This document shows positions 1 through 9,896 of a DNA stretch of 64,000 bases, in pieces; position 1 is the first letter of the stretch, and each line of letters opens with the position of its first letter. Origin of the DNA: a virus (lineage: Duplodnaviria; Heunggongvirae; Uroviricota; Caudoviricetes); IMG/VR virus record IMGVR_UViG_3300029914_000004; one strand, written 5' to 3'. Position numbers and translations under genes: made by a program. The notes under the pieces were generated by a model. The model saw nothing but the letters and a program-made list of their open reading frames with translations, did not search any database and had not been told where the DNA came from.

Positions 1-214
1 AATATCAGCATTCATAATGGGAACCCATTGAATGTTTTCTAAATAAGCAAATCTAGTCAACAGCAAAGGAGTTAGCCCATCTCCAAAATTTTCTACTTTC
101 TTCCACCAATATACTTTTGTTTTTTTGTGATTTCTCATCAAATCTCCCAACAATATTTAATCATTATATGATTATTTATGTGAATAATCAGATTTTAACT
201 TCATAAATATATGC

Positions 215-634
215 ATGATTGTGAAATTTTATACGTTAATTGATATAACTAAAACAAATGTAACAAGAAATTTTAAATCGCAGGGATCATTATTGTCTCA
301 GCGAGAATGGGATTTTTTGCGCAATAAGCAACGAAATTGGGAAGTAGTTATACAATTGTTAGGATTAAGATTTCAGCCAATGAAAATTTCTGATCCAATA
401 AAATTAATAAATCAAAATTATAATGATTATTCTTTTGGTAATGCTTTTTCTGAAGTAAAAAATTTATCTATATGGAAATTTTATTGTAACTATGACATAG
501 AAACATCTATAGATTTTTTAATATCTGATTTCAATGATATTCCAATTATAAGTGGATTGGATGAGACGATTACTTTAAATAATTCATGTTTCACTACAAT
601 CAATGAAAAAACAAATTTGTTAGTAAAAGTATAA
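215..634 (+). CDS. hypothetical protein (late-type)
   Basis: 139-aa ORF; TAAATA motif immediately upstream (about 204-209). Confidence 0.7.
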   Translation: MIVKFYTLIDITKTNVTRNFKSQGSLLSQREWDFLRNKQRNWEVVIQLLGLRFQPMKISDPIKLINQNYNDYSFGNAFSEVKNLSIWKFYCNYDIETSIDFLISDFNDIPIISGLDETITLNNSCFTTINEKTNLLVKV

Positions 635-665
635 ATATATATATAGATGTAGGACGAGGGCTATA

Positions 666-938
666 ATGTCACCAGAATTAGAAAAAACAAACTTAGAAGT
701 CCACATAGAACTAACAAAAATTCGGGATCAAGCAACATCAAAAGCTATTGAAGATATCAATGATAAAATAACAAATATTCTTGGAGAAATTATAAATTTA
801 AAAAAAGATATAAATATACTAAATGAAAAGAGAAATTCACAAATTATTCATGTTGGAGCAGCAATTATTACACTATTGTTGGGTATGTTAGGAGCATTAC
901 TAATAAAAGTATTAATTCCTTTGTTTTTGGGGAAATAG
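666..938 (+). CDS. small coiled-coil protein with C-terminal transmembrane helix
   Basis: heptad-like N-terminus, hydrophobic C-terminus IIHVGAAIITLLLGMLGALLIKVLIPLFL; AGGA RBS. Confidence 0.65.
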   Translation: MSPELEKTNLEVHIELTKIRDQATSKAIEDINDKITNILGEIINLKKDINILNEKRNSQIIHVGAAIITLLLGMLGALLIKVLIPLFLGK

Positions 939-946
939 GACAAAAT

Positions 947-2110
947 ATGTTATTAACTGATTTTAAAAATAACGTTACGATAAATGATTTGAATTCATTA
1001 TTGCAGGAATATTTTAACTATGATATTCCGTTAGAAAAACTGAATATATCAATAGCTATAAATTTATTAGAATCTTCTCGAAAAAAAATTAATGAAGTTA
1101 AAAATAGTGAATTATTTCATACGAGTGAAAATAGTCCCTCTTATCTTGGATTACTAACTACCGAAAAATTGTTGGAAGCTTGGATTGATGCATCTCAAAT
1201 ACACACAGAAGATATTATTAAATTACGAGGAAAGAGCTATTATTTTAGTGGCGGCGATGGCGGCGATTGGTATAGAGTTAATAAAACAAGTGATGGAAAA
1301 ATAGTTTCTAAAATAGTTACTAGCGGTGATATAATTTCTGATTTAAATAATGCTAAAGAAGATAAAGATGAACTAAAACCAGAATCAAAACCTGAAGTTG
1401 GAGATCAATCAGAACAAGAACCAGAGCAAACACAAGTAAATAATGTTGTGCCAAAACAAGTAGATTCAGTTCCAACAGAAAATAATCAAGATTGGAAAGA
1501 TCATGCAACAAATAATATTACTCCTGCTGCTTCTCACGTTGCAAATTTTCTAGGTGCAACAGTTGGAGCATTTAAAGCTGGTTTGAAGGGAGAAGGAATT
1601 CATAAAGATTGGGGGAAAATGCTACCGTCCGTTAATCCAAAAAATATGAAGGAATTGAAAGGTATTATTGATAAGGATTTTTTAAATCAAAACACATTTT
1701 CAAAATTAAAAGCACCACAAAAAAGTACACTTGAAAAATTTTTCGCATCAATGTATACTCCTGGAAAAATAATATCACATGATGATGTGATAAATACAAT
1801 CAAGAAAAATAAGTTATTCTCCAATATTCCACCTGATGTAAAAGCACAAATTGCTGCTATTTCTTCAGTGTTAAACAAATTTGCACAAAAAACTAATGAA
1901 AGCATCATAAAAGACAAAGCAATAAATATGTTGTATGAGAATTTTAATTCTAATATTTCTTATAATTCTTTTTCAAAACAGCAGGCCAAATTAATTTTAG
2001 AAGATGTATTTGATATTATTGAAGAACTTCATGAAAATAAGCAATATAATAATTCATTAGAAAAAATGATTAAAACTGCTAGATCAGTTATTGATTATAT
2101 TAGAGAATAA
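947..2110 (+). CDS. hypothetical, probably virion-associated protein
   Basis: 387-aa ORF in late-gene cluster with an acidic low-complexity linker. Confidence 0.6.
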   Translation: MLLTDFKNNVTINDLNSLLQEYFNYDIPLEKLNISIAINLLESSRKKINEVKNSELFHTSENSPSYLGLLTTEKLLEAWIDASQIHTEDIIKLRGKSYYFSGGDGGDWYRVNKTSDGKIVSKIVTSGDIISDLNNAKEDKDELKPESKPEVGDQSEQEPEQTQVNNVVPKQVDSVPTENNQDWKDHATNNITPAASHVANFLGATVGAFKAGLKGEGIHKDWGKMLPSVNPKNMKELKGIIDKDFLNQNTFSKLKAPQKSTLEKFFASMYTPGKIISHDDVINTIKKNKLFSNIPPDVKAQIAAISSVLNKFAQKTNESIIKDKAINMLYENFNSNISYNSFSKQQAKLILEDVFDIIEELHENKQYNNSLEKMIKTARSVIDYIRE

Positions 2111-2221
2111 TATATGATAATTTGTAACACAAAAATTTTATAAAGCGATCAATTATTGTTCATAACAATTTTAGATAAATACATTATGGAATTAAATATT
2201 TAACAGATTCAGGAAAAATAT

Positions 2222-3058
2222 ATGAAAAAATTGGTTGAAAATGTAATTAAAAGTAGAGCAAGACAGATGTTACGAGAAGGCGAAGTAGAGAATGCTGAGT
2301 CTGTATTGGCTGCTAAAGATTTGGTTGATCGCCTTCAAGATACTATTGAAGAACTTGGAAAAATGTCTAATGATGAATTGCCCCATCTTGTTGACGCCAT
2401 CAGAAGCAGTTTAGGAACTGACAAAGCTACAGCTTATCAGCAATCCGCTAGTTCTGTAATAAATTCTTTGCTTGATTCTGTTAAAGAAAAGAAGACTGAA
2501 TTAGAAAATGCAACGCTTGTTCTATCAGGTGATGCAACTGCTGATACTTCTTCTGATTTAACATTACCTGATGATGAATCTGGGGAAGATGTTCCAGAAA
2601 TGGATTCAGATGCATTAGATAATGATTTCGCTGAACCATCTAAGACAAAAAATCCACTTGGTCGTGAACAAAGAATGCCAGCAAAAGAAAGTCTTCGTAG
2701 AAAATTTAATAAAAAATTAAATGAAGGGTTGGCGGAATCAAAGAAAATGCTGAATGCAAAGATTATTGCAATTTCTGAAGCTTTGAAGAAGACAGATAAA
2801 AAGAAAAAGCCAATTGTTGCAAAAAGACTGGCTGAAGCATTGAGAAGTCTTGTAACTGAAGCGATTAAGAAAGAAGCTAAAGATATAAAAAAAGTAAAAA
2901 AATTAGATAAGAAGAAAAAAGTAACAGAAACACGAGTTGCAGCCACAGTTGCAGCAAAAAAGAAAGAACAACCAGAAAAATATTGCAAAAATAAGACCTG
3001 TTTATATAGAACTGATGCAGATTATTGTCCAAAACATAAACAAACAGAAAAGAAATAA
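2222..3058 (+). CDS. acidic/basic coiled-coil protein, possibly head scaffold-like
   Basis: several L/V-x-E motifs (LVEN, LREG, LNEG, VTET) like T4-type prohead protease sites; AGGA RBS; TAAATA upstream. Function is inference. Confidence 0.5.
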   Translation: MKKLVENVIKSRARQMLREGEVENAESVLAAKDLVDRLQDTIEELGKMSNDELPHLVDAIRSSLGTDKATAYQQSASSVINSLLDSVKEKKTELENATLVLSGDATADTSSDLTLPDDESGEDVPEMDSDALDNDFAEPSKTKNPLGREQRMPAKESLRRKFNKKLNEGLAESKKMLNAKIIAISEALKKTDKKKKPIVAKRLAEALRSLVTEAIKKEAKDIKKVKKLDKKKKVTETRVAATVAAKKKEQPEKYCKNKTCLYRTDADYCPKHKQTEKK

Positions 3059-3070
3059 TATAGAGGAAAA

Positions 3071-4066
3071 ATGAAATTTATTTATTTGAGTATTGTTGGC
3101 TTATTATTTTCGATTTCTATGTTATCTGCTCAAAATATTTCACCAAAGCAAATTAAATGGCCTCTTATTACCGGTAGTGGTTCTCCCAGTGTTGTTGGGG
3201 CCATATGTAACTCTTCTAATTATGCTCAATCATATCAAGATATATCTGAGACTCCAAATGTTCGTTATCATTGCTCAACTGATGGATGGGAATTGGAATT
3301 TAATATCACCCAATCAGGAATAGAGTATTTGCGCCCAACAGTCGATACTAATAACCCAACATTAGTTGGAAATATAACCGGTACTTGTAGTGGTATTGGA
3401 TTTAATGAAGTAGCAATAGGTCCATTAGATGCTGTATATACTGGAAAATCTGGCAACGGGCCAGTTGGACCATCAGCAACTCAAACCATAACAGGATTAA
3501 GTACATTGCCTACATATGGAGGATCTTACACTTCTATAATATTTTCAAATTGGCAACCAACAACCAATACTTACAACGGATTAGTACTGAATGTTGTTGC
3601 AGAAACATCAGGTGGGTTTGGAACAGGATCATGGTTAGCATATAGTACTGATGGTGGGGTTACTTGGAATTATGATCATATAAATGGAGGCGCTTTATTT
3701 CCAACATTAACAACTAGATCGTTTATCATTACTGGGGCTACACTTTCTAATCTTCAAGTATCTATTTGCGCTGAAGCTAATGGTACTTTGTCGTCTCATA
3801 ATACAACCAATACAATTGAAGATGTGTGGACTACTGGAACCTATGGTGGAAGTGTTGTTAAAGCATCGTTATTTCAATCTTCTATAATTTATAGTGCTGC
3901 ATTAACTCCATTGCCAGCATGTTCTTCTTCTTTGGTTGGATCACGAGCAGTGGTCAGTGATGCAACGATTCCTACATATATGGGAACTTATGCAAGCGGT
4001 GGAGCAATTACAGCAGAAGTGATATGTAGTTATGATGGAAGTTCATATGCGTGGAAAACAAATTAA
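3071..4066 (+). CDS. Thr/Gly/Ser-rich beta-structured protein with signal-peptide-like N-terminus (possible fibre/adhesin)
   Basis: MKFIYLSIVGLLFSISMLSAQ leader; C-terminal LPACSSSLVGSRAVVSDAT...VICSYDG module. Confidence 0.55.
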   Translation: MKFIYLSIVGLLFSISMLSAQNISPKQIKWPLITGSGSPSVVGAICNSSNYAQSYQDISETPNVRYHCSTDGWELEFNITQSGIEYLRPTVDTNNPTLVGNITGTCSGIGFNEVAIGPLDAVYTGKSGNGPVGPSATQTITGLSTLPTYGGSYTSIIFSNWQPTTNTYNGLVLNVVAETSGGFGTGSWLAYSTDGGVTWNYDHINGGALFPTLTTRSFIITGATLSNLQVSICAEANGTLSSHNTTNTIEDVWTTGTYGGSVVKASLFQSSIIYSAALTPLPACSSSLVGSRAVVSDATIPTYMGTYASGGAITAEVICSYDGSSYAWKTN

Positions 4067-4080
4067 ATCGGAGTTATTCA

Positions 4081-4551
4081 ATGCCTCAAAATAATAAAAA
4101 AATTGATCCAATTTTGAAAAATACTTTAATTTCAGTTCTTGCTTTTTTAAAACACAAAGCAGAGGATAAAGGATTATCTCCAGTTATTAGTGTAACCAAA
4201 CTAGTTGATTTGCTTAAATCTTCTGGAATGACAATTACTTATCAACAATTATTGGATATGACTCATGATCAATCTATTTCTAAATCTATTAAATCCATCA
4301 ATAAAAATCAAGTAACAATTTCTTTGGGAGGAGAGGAAAATGAGGAGCAACCATTGCAAGATTTTGGTGGAGAGCCAGAAAGCAGCGAAGATGAATTTAA
4401 TCCAGATGATTTTCAAGCTCCTGAAGAAGATGAAGAGGGAGAAAATCCAGAAGCTGCTCCTGTTGAAAATGAAGCTGAACCGAATCAATATGGAAGACAA
4501 AAGAGCATAGTTGGCTCAATGGCTCATAGAGCTATGTCTCGACCAGATTAA
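4081..4551 (+). CDS. hypothetical protein with acidic C-terminal tail
   Basis: ORF; start moved to ATG 4081 after GGAG. Confidence 0.6.
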   Translation: MPQNNKKIDPILKNTLISVLAFLKHKAEDKGLSPVISVTKLVDLLKSSGMTITYQQLLDMTHDQSISKSIKSINKNQVTISLGGEENEEQPLQDFGGEPESSEDEFNPDDFQAPEEDEEGENPEAAPVENEAEPNQYGRQKSIVGSMAHRAMSRPD

Positions 4552-4596
4552 TTAAATAACTCTTGACTTTTATGTATAACTTGTTATAATTAATTT

Positions 4597-5292
4597 ATGT
4601 TAGTAGAAAAATTCCCATATAAACAATTATCTCGTGATACTATCAATGGTAAGAGATTTTATTCTTGTCCTGATGGTAGAAAATTGCCCAGCGTAACAAC
4701 TATTTTATCTGCAACAAAAACCTCAGAAACACAAGAAGCATTAAATAATTGGAAAAATAGGATTGGTAAAGTCAAAGCTGCTGAAGTATTGGTAGAATCA
4801 TCTGGAAGAGGAACACGCCTTCACTCTTTTTTGGAAAAATATATTTTAACTGGAAATACTGGAATCCCTGGAACGAATCCTTATTCGATTCAAAGTCATA
4901 GTATGGCAAATCATATAATTAAAAATAGTTTATGTAATGCAACAGAATTTTATGGCTGCGAAATTGGATTATTTTATCCAACTATATATGCAGGATCAAC
5001 TGATTGTATTGCATTATATGAGGGAGAAATAGTAATCTTGGATTTTAAGCAAAGTAATAAATTAAAAAAAGAAAGTTATTTAGATGAGTATCGCGCACAA
5101 CTTTGTGCATATATGTTGGCGCATGATGAACTATATGGAACAAAAATAACTCGTGGAATTAATATGATTTGCACCCCAGATTTACAATATCAACAATTTG
5201 AAATTAATAAACATAATTATAATAAGTATGCCGACTTGTGGTGGGAAAAATTAGAACAATATTATGAACAGGAGATTCTCAATGGCGAATGA
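4597..5292 (+). CDS. PD-(D/E)XK (lambda-exonuclease/MGME1-like) exonuclease
   Basis: LPSVTTILS, RGTRLH, YAGSTDCI, ILDFKQS, QLCAY motifs; sigma70 promoter upstream. Confidence 0.85.
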   Translation: MLVEKFPYKQLSRDTINGKRFYSCPDGRKLPSVTTILSATKTSETQEALNNWKNRIGKVKAAEVLVESSGRGTRLHSFLEKYILTGNTGIPGTNPYSIQSHSMANHIIKNSLCNATEFYGCEIGLFYPTIYAGSTDCIALYEGEIVILDFKQSNKLKKESYLDEYRAQLCAYMLAHDELYGTKITRGINMICTPDLQYQQFEINKHNYNKYADLWWEKLEQYYEQEILNGE

Positions 5293-5710
5293 TAAAATTA
5301 AATGGCTGGGAAAACCTGAAGAAAGAATTTTAAGCATTAGGAAATTTAGAAAATATATCGATACAATACCATTCCATCAAGCAGTTAAATTTACGCAAGA
5401 AAATTGGATCAATTGCCCAAGAATAAATAATTTACAGTTTGATATTACTGAAGTGGACCAATGGCCAACTCCTTGGGAATTATTTGGCAACTCAGTATTT
5501 TGCCAAAATTCTCAAGTGCTAGGAGCATTTTATACATTAATTTTAAGTAAACACATTGACGTTCATACAATTGAATTGATCATTGTTGATGATATTATTA
5601 ATGGTGTCAAAGGAGCAATTGTTTTAGATAAAAGCCCATTGAAATTGATTCAAGGAACACCATTAAAAACAATATCAATATCTGACTTAACAAACAAATT
5701 AGGAGAATAA
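5282..5710 (+). CDS. conserved phage hypothetical protein
   Basis: ORF overlapping the exonuclease end; WPTPWEL motif. Confidence 0.6.
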   Translation: MANDKIKWLGKPEERILSIRKFRKYIDTIPFHQAVKFTQENWINCPRINNLQFDITEVDQWPTPWELFGNSVFCQNSQVLGAFYTLILSKHIDVHTIELIIVDDIINGVKGAIVLDKSPLKLIQGTPLKTISISDLTNKLGE

Positions 5711-5712
5711 AT

Positions 5713-6015
5713 ATGGAAGATGAAATTTATAGTTTTAAACTTACAACTGGAGAAGAAATTATTTCAAAATTAATAGGAGAACATTGGAACAATGATTATC
5801 TCATTTTGGATGAACCCAGAACATTAATGATGGGACAAAATGGAAATTTGAGTTTAGCTCCAGTATTATTTTCGGCTGACCCCACGCATCATATATTTTT
5901 ATCTAAATCTGCTATTGCTTGCTGGTCTAAATACATTAGAGAAGAATTAAAAACTGGATACTTGAGTTCAGTATCAAAATTGGTAATTCCAAATAAAAAT
6001 ATTATAATGGGGTAA
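5713..6015 (+). CDS. Sm-like fold phage protein
   Basis: FKLTTGEEII...LDEPRTL pattern; GGAG RBS. Confidence 0.55.
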   Translation: MEDEIYSFKLTTGEEIISKLIGEHWNNDYLILDEPRTLMMGQNGNLSLAPVLFSADPTHHIFLSKSAIACWSKYIREELKTGYLSSVSKLVIPNKNIIMG

Positions 6016-6016
6016 T

Positions 6017-6265
6017 ATGCCTTCTTTGGCTAGAATAACTGATAAAGATAGTAATGGGGATGCTATTACTAACGCATCGCTGTCTGTTATATGCGATAAT
6101 CTTTATGCAGCCAGAAAAGGAAGCATATTGTCTGGTGGAGATTCTATATTAAGTGGGAGTTCATCAGTTAATATAGAAAATCAACCAGCAGCTATTGTTG
6201 GATCGAAAACTAAAAAAGGTTATACTATAATTAAAGGAAGTCAAACAGTATTTGTGGGGAATTAA
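6017..6265 (+). CDS. PAAR-domain spike tip protein
   Basis: PSLAR..D, YAARKGS, QPAAIVGS and G...VFVG repeats typical of PAAR. Confidence 0.8.
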   Translation: MPSLARITDKDSNGDAITNASLSVICDNLYAARKGSILSGGDSILSGSSSVNIENQPAAIVGSKTKKGYTIIKGSQTVFVGN

Positions 6266-8053
6266 ATGAGTAATTCATTGTCAGGTTTTCAAATTATGGC
6301 CGCGCAAGGTTTATTAAATGGTAATGGATTGGCTCCTCCAAATATTTCAGCAAACCTTGCGTTATATAATTCGTTTGCTCCTGTAAATAATTTTATTACA
6401 ATTTATAATAATGCAAATGCAGCCAATGTAACTTTGCCAAATACATTATTATTGCAAAGTATTGGAGCTAATACATTTCCTCATATTTTTGGGCAAGTAC
6501 CGTTTGATTTTAGTTCTGCTTTGACTCCAGGACTTTTATTTAATAAAATACCACCTAGAATTTCTTATTGGTTCGGTAATGTTGCATCCAATAGTATTTT
6601 AATACAAGTTTTAAATCAAGCACAAGTTTATTCACAGCAATCTTCTGATTTAATTAATAGTGCAGCATCTACTCAATGGCCAAATGGTCCTTCTTCAACT
6701 GCTTCTGGAGGATTTTCATCAATTGCAGGAAATAATATAACTGCTGTATCATTAGCTTTTCAACAATTGGGTACATTGATGGATATGTCTGTTCCATTAA
6801 ATGGATTTAGTAATGCTGGATGTTTTAAACAAATTTTGGATTCAGGTAATGATAGTATAGGAAACTTGCATTTAAATTTTTTTGGAAAAACTTTCATTGA
6901 TCCAATAACAGGAAATTCATATATTATTAATGCTGATTTACTAAATTTAATAATTGATAATCCAATGGGAAGAAACGATGATGATTCATTTCAAGTTGTT
7001 GCTCTTAATCCATTGGATTTATTGCTGGGAACTATGGCAAATTCTGCTTTAACTGCAACTGGTGACTTGGATGCTGTTGTAACATTTTTTAAAATTAATG
7101 GTTCTGCTGCATCATTAATAAATCAGTGGACTGATTGCTTAAATATTCCGTTCATGCTTGGAACACAAGCAGCTACAGAAATTAGAACATCTTTAAATTT
7201 AAATTCCACTGATATTTTTGATGCATATGATTTTATAAAATTACTAATTTCTAATATTAAAGGTCTAAGTAATTTAATATCATTGGCTGATCTGGGAACA
7301 ATAATGAGTCATATTTCTTTATTGCCAAACTCAAATTTATCAGCAATGATTTCTCCATTATCAAATACAGATTATAGTAATTTGCAAGCGACTATGGGAA
7401 AAGGTTCAGGGGCCAATGGCAATCCAACTGTTGCTGATATATTGGGATCTACGAATCTAAATGATGCATTAGTTAATACAATGATTGGCTTTTCTCCATT
7501 ACTTATTACTTCTTTATGGGCTAATATAAGTTCAGACACTGGAAATATAGCAAATGCATTATTGCATGGAATATCTTCTCCAGTGTTTTTAAGTAATGGA
7601 AATTCTTATACTGATATAAACTCACTGAGTTCAAATGCTGTAATATTAATAAATCAAGAATCTTTAACATTAACTAACGAAGTGTCGAATCCAAATTTAT
7701 TTTCAGACTATAATGGAATAGCAGAAACTCATAATAATAGTATTTTACTATCCCCAATTGATGGCGTTGATACTTGGGATTTAACACCAGATAATATTTC
7801 ATTATCTGGATTTCCTCAGCAATTAGCTTCCATGGCAATAGAAAATGTAGAAATATCTGGATTAGATGTCATTATTCCTTTATTTGACTCAACTGTTGTT
7901 GGGCAAGCATTAAATGCAATTGTTATTGAAGCTATTAATAATAGAGCATTATCTAATGCTGGATTAATGGGAAGTAGTTTCGATGCAAATCCAACAACTT
8001 TGGCAACTTCTCCAACCGGCACAAATACTATAGGTGGCGGCAGAATAAAATAA
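6266..8053 (+). CDS. probable baseplate/tail-associated structural protein
   Basis: 595-aa Asn/Ser/Ala-rich ORF directly after PAAR; function inferred from context. Confidence 0.5.
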   Translation: MSNSLSGFQIMAAQGLLNGNGLAPPNISANLALYNSFAPVNNFITIYNNANAANVTLPNTLLLQSIGANTFPHIFGQVPFDFSSALTPGLLFNKIPPRISYWFGNVASNSILIQVLNQAQVYSQQSSDLINSAASTQWPNGPSSTASGGFSSIAGNNITAVSLAFQQLGTLMDMSVPLNGFSNAGCFKQILDSGNDSIGNLHLNFFGKTFIDPITGNSYIINADLLNLIIDNPMGRNDDDSFQVVALNPLDLLLGTMANSALTATGDLDAVVTFFKINGSAASLINQWTDCLNIPFMLGTQAATEIRTSLNLNSTDIFDAYDFIKLLISNIKGLSNLISLADLGTIMSHISLLPNSNLSAMISPLSNTDYSNLQATMGKGSGANGNPTVADILGSTNLNDALVNTMIGFSPLLITSLWANISSDTGNIANALLHGISSPVFLSNGNSYTDINSLSSNAVILINQESLTLTNEVSNPNLFSDYNGIAETHNNSILLSPIDGVDTWDLTPDNISLSGFPQQLASMAIENVEISGLDVIIPLFDSTVVGQALNAIVIEAINNRALSNAGLMGSSFDANPTTLATSPTGTNTIGGGRIK

Positions 8054-8091
8054 TTCTTGACTTGCTTAACTATTTGTGTTAAAATCATTAA

Positions 8092-8541
8092 ATGACTAGA
8101 AAATACATAAATCTCGCAATATTGGGAAGTTTTTTGCTTTTTGGGATGACTGTTAAAGCAGAAACTTATACCTCTAAAGACGTAACGTGTCTAGCCTCTG
8201 CCATTTATTATGAAAGCAATGGAGAACCATTAAAAGGGCAATATGCAATTGGTGAAGTTATTATGAATCGACTTCACGCAAGAATCTCAAACTCAATTTG
8301 TGGAATTGTTAATCAGCATGTTGGCAAGCATTGGCAATTTGGATTCAACTCTCAAAAAAATAAAAGAATTCCAAATAATCATCTTGATTATTTTTTAATG
8401 ATTGCTCAGCATGTAATAGATGGGTCAGACAATTTGATTTTGCCCAAATATGTTCTATATTTCAATAATCTTCCATTTCACTCTAAAAAATATCATTTAT
8501 ACTGCAAAATAGGACACCAATTATTTTTCGTAAAGCATTGA
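8092..8541 (+). CDS. SleB-like cell wall hydrolase (Hydrolase_2)
   Basis: CLASAIYYESNGEPLKGQYAIGEVIMNR, ICGIV..QF, CKIGHQLFF motifs. Confidence 0.85.
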   Translation: MTRKYINLAILGSFLLFGMTVKAETYTSKDVTCLASAIYYESNGEPLKGQYAIGEVIMNRLHARISNSICGIVNQHVGKHWQFGFNSQKNKRIPNNHLDYFLMIAQHVIDGSDNLILPKYVLYFNNLPFHSKKYHLYCKIGHQLFFVKH

Positions 8542-8598
8542 AAACAATAACTTTAAAAAATAGTTGACATTTTTAATTTTTTGTTGTAATATTTAGAT

Positions 8599-8808
8599 AT
8601 GAATGATACTGACTCAAATAAGAAAATCGTGAATGTCAATCAGATTGTCGAAGCAATCGAAAAAGCCAATATTGTACTCGAACGAGCGAAAGCCTCTGGA
8701 AATGTTGAAGCAATTTCCACTTGGACTCGAATCTTGGCTAGTCTTCAATGGCGCTGGCGTGATGCTAAAATTGAAATGGATACTCATGGTAGATATTCAT
8801 TTCAGTAA
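8599..8808 (+). CDS. small hypothetical protein
   Basis: ORF downstream of TTGACA promoter. Confidence 0.55.
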   Translation: MNDTDSNKKIVNVNQIVEAIEKANIVLERAKASGNVEAISTWTRILASLQWRWRDAKIEMDTHGRYSFQ

Positions 8809-8941
8809 AAGATAATATGACCAAAACGCTAACCTATATTGTGTTGGCATCAAAATGGCGTCAATTTAAGAATGAAGATAAACTTTGGGAACTGTCTTTG
8901 GAAAATATTGAAAAGTTTCTTGAAGAAAGATTGGCAAAATA

Positions 8942-9175
8942 ATGGAATATAAAGAATTAGTATTATCTGTATATTCTGATGCTAAAATAGTAAACATTAC
9001 AGGACAGCATCGCCATGATTTACGAGATGTAACTCAAGAAAATAGCAATTTTGTTGGAATAAAGACCGCAAGAAAATATCTTGCTTATGGATACGCCTGC
9101 GGAAGCGAAAATGAACTTTGGCATCGAGTATGGATTAGAATACAGCAAGAATTGGAAAGAAAGCTTTCAAAATGA
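8942..9175 (+). CDS. family A small protein
   Basis: VLSVYSDA...LW..VW.RIQQELERKLSK; tandem paralogue. Confidence 0.7.
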   Translation: MEYKELVLSVYSDAKIVNITGQHRHDLRDVTQENSNFVGIKTARKYLAYGYACGSENELWHRVWIRIQQELERKLSK

Positions 9176-9405
9176 AATCTTATAAAGCAAGAATTTTACA
9201 AATTTATCCAGGTGCTTTATTAATGGCTTCTATGGACGGCGAAGGACTTGTTTATATTGTTGATACTTATAAAGGCGCTTTTTCTATTTTAATATTTCGG
9301 AATGCTTTTTATGATCAGAAGCTATTTGAAGAATATAAAACATCAATATGGAAGAGTTTATGGTTAAGACTTCAAGAAGAGTTGGAAAACAAACTAGCAG
9401 AATGA
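9172..9405 (+). CDS. family A small protein
   Basis: ILQIYPGA...IWKSLWLRLQEELENKLAE; ATGA overlap. Confidence 0.7.
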   Translation: MKSYKARILQIYPGALLMASMDGEGLVYIVDTYKGAFSILIFRNAFYDQKLFEEYKTSIWKSLWLRLQEELENKLAE

Positions 9406-9581
9406 AAGTTTTGTCAGTTTATCCAACTGCTATTCGTGCAGAATTATCTGGCTGGATAACCATTTGGGATGGAAATGGTACTGGAATGTTGGCAAAATGT
9501 TATCCATATGAAAAGACTAAAGCTTGGGATTTTGCTTGGGAAGAAGTTAAAAAAAGATTGGTGAAAAAATTGGAAAAATGA
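9402..9581 (+). CDS. family A small protein
   Basis: VLSVYPTA...AWDFAWEEVKKRLVKKLEK; start at ATG 9402 in ATGA overlap. Confidence 0.7.
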   Translation: MKVLSVYPTAIRAELSGWITIWDGNGTGMLAKCYPYEKTKAWDFAWEEVKKRLVKKLEK

Positions 9582-9802
9582 AAACTGCTGAAGATCGCGT
9601 TATAAAAATGTTTCGTACTGCTTATATTTCCATTCACGAATGGGAAGTGTCCATATGGAGTGGATGTGGAAAGGGACGTTTTGCAACAGTAAAACGACAG
9701 CCAATTCTCGGAGAATTATCATTGGCAGATGACACCAAAAAAGCTTGGGAAATGGCTTGGGATAAGATTCAAGAGGATTTAATACAGAAATTGTCTGAAT
9801 AA
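9578..9802 (+). CDS. family A small protein
   Basis: AWEMAWDKIQEDLIQKLSE; ATGA overlap. Confidence 0.7.
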   Translation: MKTAEDRVIKMFRTAYISIHEWEVSIWSGCGKGRFATVKRQPILGELSLADDTKKAWEMAWDKIQEDLIQKLSE

Positions 9803-9841
9803 TGGCAGGCAAGATGCTGAAAACAAACGATTTGTTTACTA

Positions 9842-9870
9842 TTGACATTTAGTGCAAGATTTGATATACT
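9842..9870 (+). promoter_or_regulatory. sigma70-type promoter (TTGACA-N17-TATACT)
   Basis: consensus hexamers with 17-nt spacer upstream of ligase; similar promoters near 4564, 8058, 8563, 23310, 25852, 29839, 30712, 32018, 35649, 37230, 40925, 54157, 57156, 58689, 62005, 62706, 63328. Confidence 0.85.
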
Positions 9871-9896
9871 TTATATAGTGAAAGAGGATATAAACG

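Noticed and set aside
666-938. Holin or lysis cassette
   Set aside because: A single TM helix with no adjacent endolysin or spanin; too little evidence.
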